In this document: piece after piece, positions 22,943 through 36,100 of the stretch
Position numbering within the stretch: the stretch's first letter is position 1
Layout of the letters: each line of letters starts with the position of its first letter
Assembly (NCBI GenBank): GCA_024704765.1
Contig: JAKMXF010000111.1
Span: 698,619 to 762,618 of the forward strand
Reading direction: 5' to 3'
DNA length: 64,000 nucleotides
Source: Oopsacas minuta
Lineage: Eukaryota > Animalia > Porifera
Program-made: the position numbers and the translations under genes
Notes under the pieces: generated by a model
The model's input: only the letters and a program-made list of their open reading frames with translations
What the model was told of the DNA's origin: nothing
Databases searched by the model: none

Positions 22943-23815
22943 ATGTTTCCAGAAGCTAGACACCATTCCTCTACAGCTACACCTACATCTCAGACTAACT
23001 ACCTTCCTGCTTATCTCTTAGGAGGAGGGTCTTCCCCCTCCATCCTATCTCCATCCCTATCCTCCTCTCAACAAAGTCCTCTCAGACAATCGCATCTAGT
23101 TTCCTCATCACATAATCTCCCCAAACCTGAGTCTACTAATTCAATGCTGAAACAAGACGGACCTCCAGTAGCTAGTCTCTATGAGAATCAAACTTGTCAG
23201 TACTCTACTCTGGAGAAGAAGAAGGTATTTCAAGAGAGTTATACAAATCAAAGTCTCACACAGACAAGCTTATTAGGTGTCAATACATCGCTAGATCAGA
23301 GTATTACTCTTAATCTATCAGCTGGTCTCAACAGTCTCCCTCCTTCTGTCCTCTCTCCTGCTCAAATGGACCCTTTCTATACTCAAGGGGAGGAGCTGAC
23401 CCCAGAGGACACTCTGGACCAATGTTGGGTCACAATATTTGGGTTTCCGCCCAACTCTGTATCCTTCATTTTAGACCAATTCTCTCAATATGGTACCATT
23501 CTACATCACGTGACTGTACCTGGATCAAATTGGCTACACTTGAAATATCACACTTCTCTCCAAGCTAAGAAGGCCCTCAGTAAGAACGGGAGAGTATTTG
23601 GATCTTGCATTATGGTTGGAGTTCAGCAGTGTATTGACAAAGCTGTGATGGGTTCGTATACCGGAGACTCACAAGTTATCAGAGGTACACCTATGCGACC
23701 TCTCACCTCAAATTATAAAGTACCAATTGGAGACAGTTCCCTTTCACAAGCTAATACACCACAGAAGAACACGGGAATAGTATCTAAGGCATTGGAGTAT
23801 GTGTTTGGATGGTAA
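22943..23815 (+). CDS. NUP35: Nucleoporin NUP35/Nup53
   Basis: YLPAYLLG, DPFYTQGE.L, WVTIFGFPP, GSNWLHLKY...AKKALSKNG, C-terminal amphipathic SKALEYVFGW. The ATG at 22943 is preferred over the longer computed ORF, which runs through a MITE. Confidence 0.93.
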   Translation: MFPEARHHSSTATPTSQTNYLPAYLLGGGSSPSILSPSLSSSQQSPLRQSHLVSSSHNLPKPESTNSMLKQDGPPVASLYENQTCQYSTLEKKKVFQESYTNQSLTQTSLLGVNTSLDQSITLNLSAGLNSLPPSVLSPAQMDPFYTQGEELTPEDTLDQCWVTIFGFPPNSVSFILDQFSQYGTILHHVTVPGSNWLHLKYHTSLQAKKALSKNGRVFGSCIMVGVQQCIDKAVMGSYTGDSQVIRGTPMRPLTSNYKVPIGDSSLSQANTPQKNTGIVSKALEYVFGW

Positions 23816-24095
23816 AGCAGGATTATTAGAGAAATGCTATCAATGAGATTAGTCATTTTATCAATGACTAGCTAAAGAACTGTTTAATGGTACTCTTAGT
23901 TGTGATGTACTGTTAGAGTTTAACAATTCATTATTTTTGTACTTAAAAGGTACATAAATCTATCAATTTAAATTCGCTTAGCTTTAATGTGCGCTACGTT
24001 TGGCCTGAAATTTGAAACAAAAAATGACTGAAATATTTGCACTAAATTTTAATAAAATTCAATTCAATTACGAATATTTGTGGTAGAAGGTTGTG

Positions 24096-24869
24096 ATGTT
24101 CCAATATGATTCTAAACCTTCAGAAATCGTTATTGATGAGGCTACCGGTCTCGTATTTACAGCTAATTTTAAGCCTTTTCCACGAGTATGCATCTTCTCA
24201 CCTACATTAGAATTTATAACTTGTTTCACACACAAATCACTATCTCCACCATACAGCTTAGCTGTGCTTAGAAATAATATATATGTATCTGACGGACAAT
24301 GTGGTCTGTTATTCCACTTCAGTGAGGATAGTGGTTACTGTAAAAGTGCATCAGTTTCATGTATGAGTTCACTCATTCCGCTATATGACAGTACATGTAG
24401 CATCGCTGTATCAGAACAGGAAGAAGTTTATGCTTGTTGTACTTGGAAAGACCAAATAATAGTTTTGGATGGTGATACCCTAAATCGGATAAGGACCATC
24501 ACTCACCGTTTAATCATGAGACCTATACAATTAAGACTTACTATAGATGAGATATATGTGATTTTGCTTCATGGCATTATGCTTGTGTTATCTCATTTGG
24601 GAGATATTAAATACAACTCAGATTCCATTCGATTTAGTGACATTAATGAGTGTTTATTCAATTCATTCTGTATTAACACGAATAATGGAAATATCATCAT
24701 ATTTGAAAATCAGTCTTCCCAGATACAAGTATTCACACATCAAGGCAAGCTTCTATATTCCCTTCCAACTGGGGGATCAGTAATTCGATCAGGACCTCTA
24801 GCAATTACCTGTGAATCCCGAATAATTGCCTTTTGTTCTGACTATGAAACTCTTGTATTTATACAATAG
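24096..24869 (+). CDS. Divergent NHL/6-bladed beta-propeller-like protein
   Basis: 257-aa ORF with NHL-like repeats (PSEIVIDE, PYSLAV..NNIYVSD, SQIQVFTHQGKLLY). Confidence 0.55.
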   Translation: MFQYDSKPSEIVIDEATGLVFTANFKPFPRVCIFSPTLEFITCFTHKSLSPPYSLAVLRNNIYVSDGQCGLLFHFSEDSGYCKSASVSCMSSLIPLYDSTCSIAVSEQEEVYACCTWKDQIIVLDGDTLNRIRTITHRLIMRPIQLRLTIDEIYVILLHGIMLVLSHLGDIKYNSDSIRFSDINECLFNSFCINTNNGNIIIFENQSSQIQVFTHQGKLLYSLPTGGSVIRSGPLAITCESRIIAFCSDYETLVFIQ

Positions 24870-25182
24870 GATGTAAGATACTCTCAACACATATATTGTA
24901 TATTAGTATTTGTTATCAAGAGAATTTTATTGAGCACTTAGTTATCTTCAAAATCGGTTGATATATCATATGTATGTATACGTAACGGAGATGGTCCCAT
25001 TGGTCAGGTTTCTACCGACCAACTTTAGTCAGTGAGCATGAACAACCAGACGAATATTTCCTTCCAGTAGGCTGACGTGTCTCTAGTGCCAATAACTTAC
25101 ACAAATATTGTTTAGATTTTAGAGTGAAACTGAATATTTATATGTTTGCATTATCTATCAATACAATAACTGTAGTTGATTA

Positions 25183-26898
25183 ATGGAGAGAATAGATCTT
25201 GCCACACACGGGAAAAAGATAGGAGCAGCATGTGAAGAAATTAGAAACGCAACATCCTCCAACACATGGGTAGTGTTTGGATATGAAGGGAAATCCCCTA
25301 CTATAGTTATAAAGGAGAAAGGAGAGGATTGGGAGGAGTTAGTTGATGAGATGAGTGCTTCTAAAATCCTCTACGCTTACGTACGTATAGTAGATCCGAA
25401 TACTGGTCTCAATAAATTTGTGTTGATAAACTGGTCTGGAGAAGGTGTACCTAGTTCTATCAAGGGACCCCGAGCTTACCACATTCCAGATATAGAGAGG
25501 TGAAAACCTGATAAATAGCATAAATGCATATTATATACTTATCGCATTTATATAGGCTGGTACATACGAAACATGTGATGATTAACGCACGTAACGAAGA
25601 TGATCTTGATGAAAAATATGTGAAGAATAAAGTTGCAAAGTCCTCAGGCTCAAACTACAGCTTCCACAAGGAGAAAGCTAAGGAAGCGGAGGCAGTTGGT
25701 CCTGTCGGGTCAAATTATAAAAAGACAGATGCTAAGGGGGAGATTACGTCATCTGGTAGGTCAAAATTCTGGCAGAAACAAGACACTGAGGTATTTAATA
25801 ATGTACCTCTTATTGGTAAATTTCTTTAGAGTTAATTATTTATTGTTTAATTCACAGGAACAAGGACGTATTCAAGGTGAGAATGAGCGTCTGACACGCA
25901 CTCGATCTGAAGCGGAGCGGTCTCAGAAGGAGAGAGACTCCCTTGAGAGCTCAGCTAGGGACCAGAGGATAGAGGAGCGTCAAAGAACTGTAGACTCTCA
26001 GAAAGCTCAGGAGAGAGACCAGTTGGCTAGACAGCAGGATGAGAGGAAGATGAGAGAGCAGGAGCAGTTTGATTTAGCAGGCAGAGAAATGGTAATTACT
26101 ACAGCTGTTACATAATGCTATTTTGATTTATAAACTTTTTAAAGATACAAGACAAGGAATCAGCTTCCCATCAGATACCTAACTACAGACAGGAGGCTTC
26201 TAACTTGCAAGGATCAGATCCCATGCAACAGTGAGTGTGTTTAACAAATGTCTTGTATTTTTAATTATACTCTGTGTTTTAAGGTACACTCAACAAGCAA
26301 CTCCTTCAGTTGTTCATCCTTCATATGAAGAACCTGAGAGAACTCCAATGCGACCCCCTCTCCCTCAAGAGGTAGACGATTCTCCTCGTAGAGGTGAGTA
26401 TGAGCCTGCTGTAGTATCAGACGAGGAGTTGACATACGACACAGCACAGGATATTATAGCTCCTTTAGCTACACAAGAGTATGACCAAGTTACCCAACAA
26501 TCTGAGTACAGTCAGGCTGTAGATGTGGAAATGTATGATGAGATTGGGGAGACTATAAAAGGAGTACATATACAAGAACCTGACCAACAAAGTAAGTAAC
26601 CAATTACCCTATTATATACGTTCATAGGAACGCGCCCTTGATAATTTCATACTATGTAGAAGACAGTGAAGATATCTATGACGAGATAGACACTACTGCA
26701 GTAGCTCCTACACAAGACCAAGCTGGATTCAGTGTAAGAGCTATCTACGACTACGCTGCTGCAGAGGAAGGAGAGATCTCATTCGACCCTGGAGATATCA
26801 TCACAAATGTAGATCCTATAGATGAAGGCTGGTGGCAGGGTACAGCTCCTAATGGAGAGTACGGTCTATTCCCTGCTACGTATGTAGAGCAGATTTAA
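25183..26898 (+). CDS. DBNL: Drebrin-like / actin-binding protein 1 (ADF-H, coiled coil, SH3), multi-exon
   Basis: ADF-H ([21 protein letters not shown]), [14 protein letters not shown], and SH3 ([39 protein letters not shown]). Confidence 0.9.
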
Positions 26899-27149
26899 TA
26901 TAGTAATGTACTGCAACTGATTAGAATATTTATAGTGTGATGTAGTTACTGATGTAAATATTCTGTTTCTGTTTGATTTTAGTGTTGTGCAGATATAGTA
27001 TCTCATGTCTAATATACAATTTATAACAATATACCATTCTGAACATATAAATGGTTGTATTTATCCCTAGTGGTCGAAACGTATTGAACTAGTAGTAATA
27101 ATTACTATAAGAACAAGCGATTACTCTATTAATATATTTGTTCAAGAAG

Positions 27150-30100
27150 ATGAGTGATAATAGAGATTTCTGTCGTTCTTCTCATGCCTCTACGCTAGGT
27201 GTTAACCTAGACGCAATAGGAGATGTGGAGCAGTACGATCAGCTGTCTGGAGATTTCCTGGGCCTATTGCAGAGTCATGATCATTACGATGTTATTTTCA
27301 AAGTTGAGGGACAGCTATTTCATGCACATAGAGTATTGCTAGCAGCTAGATGTAAATATTTTGATGCTATGTTGTATGGAAGTATGAAAGAGGCACAGGA
27401 TGCTGAGAAAGGAGAACCGATAGAAATACCGGACACTACAGCATCTGCTTTTCAAGTTTTGTTGGAATATATTTACACAGGAAAAGTCCTGCTCAGTGAC
27501 TTGTCAGAACAAGTAAGTAGCAGTTATTCATTTCATTATACGTAGACTTATCACTATCTATTAATGATATTTCTCCTGAAGCTAAATTTACCAAAATTTA
27601 TATAGAAGCATGTACGTGTATTGCATGAATGCTATTTTTTTACGATAACATCTTACACTACAAACAAATTCTATAATTAAGATTAAAATGTGAATAAATA
27701 AGTGTAAAATGGAATATAAAATGTAACTAAAATATTTCTGCTATCATGCAGCGAGCACTTCCTCCTCCTAGAGTCTCTATAGTAGTAAGATCTGATGAAA
27801 GGATTGTTCCATGTTTGCTTAGTCTCTGACACATGTCACTTGTCAATGCATTCCTAGCTTGTTCTGACATCACTATGAACAGCTGATTAGAACTATTCCT
27901 AACTTGCAAACAATTACCTAGCATCCTACTACACTGATCTATACTAATCTCTATAACTTCCTTCCTATCTTGTTCTAAACTCCTTAATACAAAAGTACGT
28001 TCTGATTTAGAGGAGATACTCTCCAAACAAATAATAGCAAACTCGGCTCCTACCGCCATCAATACATCTGTGTGGTAGATAGGAATGTCATTGTATTTAG
28101 CTGAGAATGTTATCGGTTGAAACCCCATTTCTGTACAAAACTTTTTAACAAGAGTTATATGTGTCCGGGGAGATATATTAGCATATGCTTTCCTGTTAAC
28201 TTTATCCAGCACGACACTACCTGTTCCTTCTAAGTACATTTCTTCTTCTTCATAAATACTGAAATCTATCAATTTCTTGCCTGGCATTTTGAAATCTTGT
28301 ACTATATCAATTCTCCTCTCCTTGCGTCTGTTCTCATGCCTTTGAGGGTATAACACTACCCCCTCTGGATGAAATGACACCCAATTACTAGGAAACACTG
28401 CATCTGGTTTAACAGGATCAGGGGTGTCAGTACGAACATGTACATTAATTCTGTGAGATCTGAGCAATGATACGAATGTATCGAATTCTCTGAGTGCTTG
28501 TGCATGTGCTTGTGTTGATTGCTTCTTAGGTTCCTGGAATGTATTGTCTATCATTGTCTGTTGGTTACAGGAGAAGTTAGCAGGCCGTATCATGAGGATA
28601 GAATCAGTTACTTGAGTGTGTAGAGCAGGTCCTCCCATTGTGTTATACTGTGATATCAGTTGATGATTAGAGAGATAAGATTTGCATACTCTCAAGGTGT
28701 TGATTACCCCCCTCATATACATCGTATGGTTTGTTTGTTTGTTTGTTTATCTGTCATTATTTGCGCTTTATACTCCTTTAACTGACAGTAAATATGTGAC
28801 TATATTATACTAATTAGTCTTTGCGGTTATACACTTCCAAAAAGAGGTCTATATATTTATGGAATGCCTTATCATACTGTGAGAGCTATTACTACTAGCT
28901 ACTTGCTATAATTATTGCTCACTGAGAAGCCACACTGTACTGTTCCATTAGTTTGCTGATTACATAACACATAATACTCACTTAGTACCAATTAAATGTA
29001 CCAAAATTTGTCCCATACGGTATAGCACTTAGCAATTTGGTAAGTTCTGCTGTATAAAAGTGAATAATACCTCACAGTAATGGCATTCAATGAATTTGTT
29101 ATTATCGTACCTGAATTTGTTATCTGAGAAAGAACTATAAAAGCGCAAATAATGACAGATAAACAAACAAACAAACAAACAAACAAACCATACGATGTAT
29201 ATGAGGGGGGTAATCAACACCTTGAGAGTATGCAAATCTTATCTCTCTAATCATCAACTGATATCACAGTATAACACAATGGGAGGACCTGCTCTACACA
29301 CTCAAGTAACTGATTCTATCCTCATGATACGGCCTGCTAACTTCTCCTGTAACCAACAGACAATGATAGACAATACATTCCAGGAACCTAAGAAGCAATC
29401 AACACAAGCACATGCACAAGCACTCAGAGAATTCGATACATTCGTATCATTGCTCAGATCTCACAGAATTAATGTACATGTTCGTACTGACACCCCTGAT
29501 CCTGTTAAACCAGATGCAGTGTTTCCTAGTAATTGGGTGTCATTTCATCCAGAGGGGGTAGTGTTATACCCTCAAAGGCATGAGAACAGACGCAAGGAGA
29601 GGAGAATTGATATAGTACAAGATTTCAAAATGCCAGGCAAGAAATTGATAGATTTCAGTATTTATGAAGAAGAAGAAATGTACTTAGAAGGAACAGGTAG
29701 TGTCGTGCTGGATAAAGTTAACAGGAAAGCATATGCTAATATATCTCCCCGGACACATATAACTCTTGTTAAAAAGTTCTGTACAGAAATGAAGTTCGAG
29801 CCAATAGTATTCTCAGCTAAATACAATGACATTCCTATCTACCACACAGACGTGCTAATGTCAGTAGGGGCGGAGTTTGCTATTATTTGTTTGGAGAGTA
29901 TCTCCTCTAAATCAGAACGTACTTTTGTATTAAGGAGTTTAGAACAAGATAGGAAGGAAGTTATAGAGATTAGTATAGATCAGTGTAGTAGGATGCTAGG
30001 TAATTGTTTGCAAGTTAGGAATAGTTCTAATCAGCTGTTCATAGTGATGTCAGAACAAGCTAGGAATGCATTGACAAGTGACATGTGTCAGAGACTAAGC

Positions 30101-33100
30101 AAACATGGAACAATCCTTTCATCAGATCTTACTACTATAGAGACTCTAGGAGGAGGAAGTGCTCGCTGCATGATAGCAGAAATATTTTAGTTATTCCATT
30201 TTCACTTATTTATTCTACTGTATTTTCATAATTTTTGTCGTAATGTAAAGTTAAGACACTCGATTTCCAACCTTCTACTCTCCAGATGCCTTTAATCAAC
30301 CTTATATATTGTTGCAGTAAAATATTTTCGTGTTTTCTCTCAATACCTTAATTTAATTTTATGCTGGATATGCTGGTCACTTGGGGTGTATGCAAAGGGA
30401 AATCGTTCCTATAGCAAGGAGCTATACAGTAGTACCTCCCATATGCATACGGAGTGTTCGGGAAGCATTTGCTGCAAGACTCTGCACCCCACTTCCGCAT
30501 TCGAATTTATGACTATTGTCGTTCATTATAATTATCAGTAATTACTCAAAAAAATAGAAATAGTAAGAAATAAATGTAAAATGGAATACAGAATGTAACT
30601 AATATATTTCTGCTATCATGCAGCGAGCACTTCCTCCTCCTAGAGTCTCTATAGTAGTAAGATCTGATGAAAGGATTGTTCCATGTTTGCTTAGTCTCTG
30701 ACACATGTCACTTGTCAATGCATTCCTAGCTTGTTCTGACATCACTATGAACAGCTGATTAGAACTATTCCTAACTTGCAAACAATTACCTAGCATCCTA
30801 CTACACTGATCTATACTAATCTCTATAACTTCCTTCCTATCTTGTTCTAAACTCCTTAATACAAAAGTACGTTCTGATTTAGAGGAGATACTCTCCAAAC
30901 AAATAATAGCAAACTCCGCCCCTACTGACATTAGCACGTTTGTGTGGTAGATAGGAATGTCATTGTATTTAGCTGAGAATACTATTGGCTCGAACTTCAA
31001 TTCTGTACAGAACTTTTTAACAAGAGTTATATGTGTCCGGGGAGATATATTAGCATATGCTTTCCTGTTAACTCTGTCTAATACTAAACTGCCAGTTCCT
31101 TCTAAGTACATTTCTTCTTCTTCTAACTTACTGAAATCTGTATATTTTTTCCCTTTCCCTATGAGCTCTTTTAATACATCAATTCTCCTCTCGTAACGTC
31201 TATTCTCGGCCCTCATAGGATATAACACTACCCCCTCTGGATGAAATGACACCCAATTATTAGGAAACACTGCATCTGGCTTAACAGGTTCAGGTGTATC
31301 CTTACGAACATATACGTTTATTCTATGAGATCTTAGCAATGATACTAAGGTATTGAATTCTCTGAGTGCTTGTGCCTGTGGATTTATTGGTGAATTTTTA
31401 GAGACCTGGAATGTATTGTCTGTCTTCGTCATATCGTTACAGTGGAAATTAACAGGTTGTATCATGAGGAGAGTATCAGTTACTTGAGTGTATAGATTAT
31501 CTTTCTTAGTAGTGTATCGTGCTGTTATTTGATGATTGAAGAAGATATGAGAAGAGTATACTCTCGAGGTGTTGATAACACCTCTCATAACCATCTTTCT
31601 ATTTGTTTGTTGTCTGTTTACTTTATTATCCTTCTATTGTGCATTATTTCTAATAAATGTATACATTCAACCACCGTTATATCGAAGCTCAGGGACAGCT
31701 ATAATTTCTTCGATAAAACCGATATATTTATGCACTTTTGACGGTTTGGCCCATATTTGTACAATAATCAGACTTCGATATATCCGTGTTTGATACAACG
31801 GAAGTTGACTGTATTAATGATAACATATTACACGAATATAGAATCACACATTCACTGATACTATTAGTTATACCAATCACTTACTCTAGGTGGTACTAGA
31901 AGTACTCGAACTAGTGAATAAGTATAACTTCACTTCTCTACTACACCCTCTGTCCTGTTACCTCAAGGCTACTCTCACTGTAACTAATGTATGTCACATA
32001 TTCGAGATAGCTAACGTGTACTCACTACACGAATTACTCACTACATCATGTACCCTAATGGACCTGAATGCTAAGGAAGTACTCAACACAGAGGGCTTCT
32101 TCTCTCTGTCAGAGCCCTCCCTCACCGAACTACTTTCCAGAGATTCATTCTACGCAGATGAAGTAGATATATTCAATGGAGTCATAGAATGGTTACAATT
32201 CAATGGTAAAACAAAAGAGAGTTCTCAACGTGTGTTAAGAACAGTTAGACTGAATCTACTAGACATGAAGGAGCTCCTCTCCCGTGTTAGACCCTCTGGA
32301 TTCTTCTGTCCTGACACCATACTAGATGCTATTGAAGCTAAAGTCAATGTGGATCCTCTTACACTGAATAGAAGAGGAATTCTGAGTAAGTACACTGCTA
32401 GTGACCTCGGTTAAATATTTATTGTAAACTCTCTAGTACCAGATGATAATGTAGCTAGACTACAGCACGCAGCTGAGGTTACAGAGGGTCAGCAAACACA
32501 ATGTCTGCTGGATGGAAACTCAGAGAACTATAATTGGGATCATGGGTTCACTCTACACAGAATTGATCCAGAAAAACCAGAGGGCATCACTATTAAGCTC
32601 GGGAGACCACATATAATCAATACAATACGTATGTTACTGTTTGATAGAGACTATCGTTCTTACTCATACGTCATACAAGTAAGTTATTATATCATATAAT
32701 AGTTATTGTTGGTATTATACGTAAATCGGTGTAATAGGTATCTCTTGACCAAGAAAAGTGGCTTAAAGTGGTAGACTACAGTAGTTATTATTGTCGCTCT
32801 TGGCAAGAGTTACATTTTCAAGCTAGAGTAGTTCAGTGAGTTAACAGTATACAATAATTCTTGAACAGTTGCTACATAGCATTATATTAGATATATTCGA
32901 GTTATTGGTACAATGAACACACACAACAGATCATTCCATCTGGTTGCATTCGAGTGTCTATACTCCACCAGACCTTTTATACTATCTCCACTGTTCAATG
33001 GACTAATAGGTGTGTAACAAATACAGTAAACTTCTGTTATATCGAAGCTCAAGGAACCGCGATAATTACTTCGATAAAACCGGTGTAATTTACATTACTT

Positions 33101-36100
33101 TGACTGTTTGAGACTATATTTGTATAATTTCATGCTTCGATATAAGCGAGTATTTCCATATATCCGTGTTCGATATAACAAGAGTTTACTGTTTACTGAA
33201 ATGACATACAGTCTAGTTGATACAAATTTATCCTATTAGTACCAGCAGAGAACGTAGCATCTGTTGCAGCTAGTGCTACAGTAATTGAAGGAGTGAGTAG
33301 ATCACGTAACGCACTACTTAACGGTAACATTAGAGATTATGACTGGGACTCAGGATATACTTGTCATCAGTTAGGGAGTGGTTCTATCGTTATACAGTTA
33401 GCTCAGCCTTATGTAATCGAGTCAATGAGGTAAGAATTGTGTAACTATAGATTCATATAATTATTACACCTATAATGACACACACGTAGTTAGGAAGATT
33501 CAATTATTACCACATAGCTATAATAATTATAACATTTGCAGACTACTCTTGTATGCAGCATCCATAGAGGTGATTAGCATCTTTAGTTCATCATGTGAGA
33601 GCTCCAATTGTTCAGTATTTCTCCCCTCATCTCCCTCCATATGCAATGTCAGGTTCAAAAGAGGTTGACGCAAACTCCCCATCGTATCGCTAGCCATTAC
33701 TACGTTAACAGACCAGTCAATATCCTTCAATACATTACCTACTCCAGTAATGCTATCTGTCTCACTGAGTAGATATTTGTGTAATTCCTCCTTTCTTGTT
33801 TCAAAGCATTCTGCTATAGCTGTCTGTATTTCTATGGTAGGCTTGCGATCTTCTGGGAGATCTGCTAGGTATTTGAGTACGATTGATTTCGCAAAGCCAT
33901 CAGCTTGACAAGCTTCTTTTAGCTTATTGAACTCTAGTTTGAAACTGCTCCACTCTTTAGATGTAAATATGCTCCTGTAATGCTCGAATTCAGGAGGTTT
34001 ACTCCATACTAACTCATTAATGAATAAGTGTACCAGTTTAAGAACTTCTTCAATTGGAGACAGTTTATTAAGCACTTCCATTATTCACTAATTGATCGAT
34101 AATAATATTAATTAAGTATATTTAGACTACAATAAGTATATAATAAAGTGGCCCTCTTGTCTATCAAGTGGTTATATAATCGGAATATTAATAATCTTAT
34201 GTTCAATACCCATTATAGTGCTATCTTAATTTTAAAACTATTTATCTCGTTCATATATTTAAGCCATTAGCTAATCTTATCAAATTGTGTTCTAAGTAGC
34301 CCAATAATTTCCATTGAAAACGCAAGGATGTTGTTACTATTTTCTAGACGGAGACGAGTACTGCTATAAACTTTTAAGAAAGATAACTATAAAGATATAT
34401 TCACTCTTAGAAGGAAGCCTCGAATACCCGTGCTACCTTATCTATACTCATTTATTCTTTCAAATATACTTTATTAATGAAGTTAAAATAACCTCAAACT
34501 CATTACAATTTCCTCTTATCTTAGATCTTTTGTATAACAACAGGCGCCTAACTATCAAATAAATTATGAATACATTTCCTAAACTGTTCTGTCTTCTCGA
34601 AACAAAACGGTATAAAGTATATAGGATTCTTATGGAGCATTAATCTTCTCTATTTGGTAATTATTCAACCAATTACATAACATAACTACATCATCTACTA
34701 CTAATTACCATACTAATAGCTATCAAACAGATTGACAGTTCTCCACTAACCAGTGATACAGTTTTAACCTGTTTTGTTCCTTCATAAGAGCTCCCAGTCT
34801 CTCCAGACATGTCTTATGGTATTCATTCAGCCATGCAATCTCCTCTCCTGTCAATAGATGGGTATTTATCAGTTTACGCTGAATAGGTACCAAAGTGATA
34901 GGGTCAAAAGTAACGAATTTCCTATCTTGGAATGTATATAGTGTTTGCTTTGGGACAACTAACTGCAAAGATTCTATTCTAATCCCGAATGATCCATCCT
35001 CGTAGAATCCAGGTTCGTTAGAGAGTATCATTCCGGGAGATAGTCCTCCATCTTCTCTCATTCTCGTACCAATACCGCAAGGACCCTCGTGTACATTTAA
35101 GAACATACCTACCCCATGACCTGTCCCATGCAAATAGTCTAATCCCACCTGCCAGAGAGGCTGTCTAGCTAATGTATCCAATCTCTCTCCTCCTACATTA
35201 TCTGGGAATACTATTCTGGCTAGACTGATGTGTCCTTTCAGGACAAGCGTGAACATCTCAATCTCCCTATAAATAACCATGGATTATACATTTAGTTAAT
35301 ATTACTCATATACATCTTACTTCTCACTGGGCTGTCCTAGGTGTACAGTCCTTGTAATATCCGTGGTCCCGTCTGTGTACTGAGCCCCTGAGTCCACTAG
35401 ATACAATTCCTTGTCAGTGATAGCTCTATCTGTCTCTGGAGTACATCTGTAGTGTATGATAGCTCCGTGTGGTCCTGATCCTGAAATAGTCTCAAAAGAG
35501 AGACTGACAAAATGAGCCTGTTCCTTCCTGAACTGTTCTAATTTATCCGCTCCACTGATTTCTGTTACTTTCTCTCCTCTCTTTACTGACTCTTCCAACC
35601 ACCGCACATACTCACAAACAGCTATTGCATCTCTCAAGTGGGATCTACGCATACAATCTATCTCAACTTCGTTTTTAATAGCTTTCATTCTCTGCACACA
35701 ATCCGGCAGTATGACAGTCTTCTCTTCAGGAATACACTTATAGAGTCCATAGGATATATCTGAAGATATCCATACCTTAGTGATAGCAGGATCTGTTGAT
35801 AACTCTCTCAGCTTTTCTTCAGCTTGTGAGTAAGGCAATACTATAATCTTATTATCCGCACAGCTAAGGTTAAGATGCTGTTCTATATCAGGGACGAATC
35901 TAAACGAGAATAAGGATAGCAACTAGCTAGCAATTACAATATAACCTACCGTGAGTGTTCTACAAAGAAGAATACTCTTTGTCTAGTCAGGAACAGATAC
36001 GAGAAAAATACTGGATTGAATGGAATATCACTTCCTCGTAGATTCAATGTCCAAGCAATACTATCAAGAGCACTGAGTATCTTCAGTTGACATTGTTTCT

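Larger units (their letters stand above)
27690..30215. repeat. Long near-perfect inverted repeat: arms ~27727-28772 and 29136-30190, spacer 363 bp
   Basis: Arms read as identical by eye except a ~95-bp patch (29779-29872) and the (AAAC)5 versus (AAAC)7 array; partial similarity extends about 30-40 nt into the 3' UTRs. Confidence 0.9.

Noticed and set aside
27727-31594. Bacterial contamination as the source of the pentein genes
   Set aside because: They are bounded by in-phase BTBD9 exons, share host base composition, and sit next to a host MITE.
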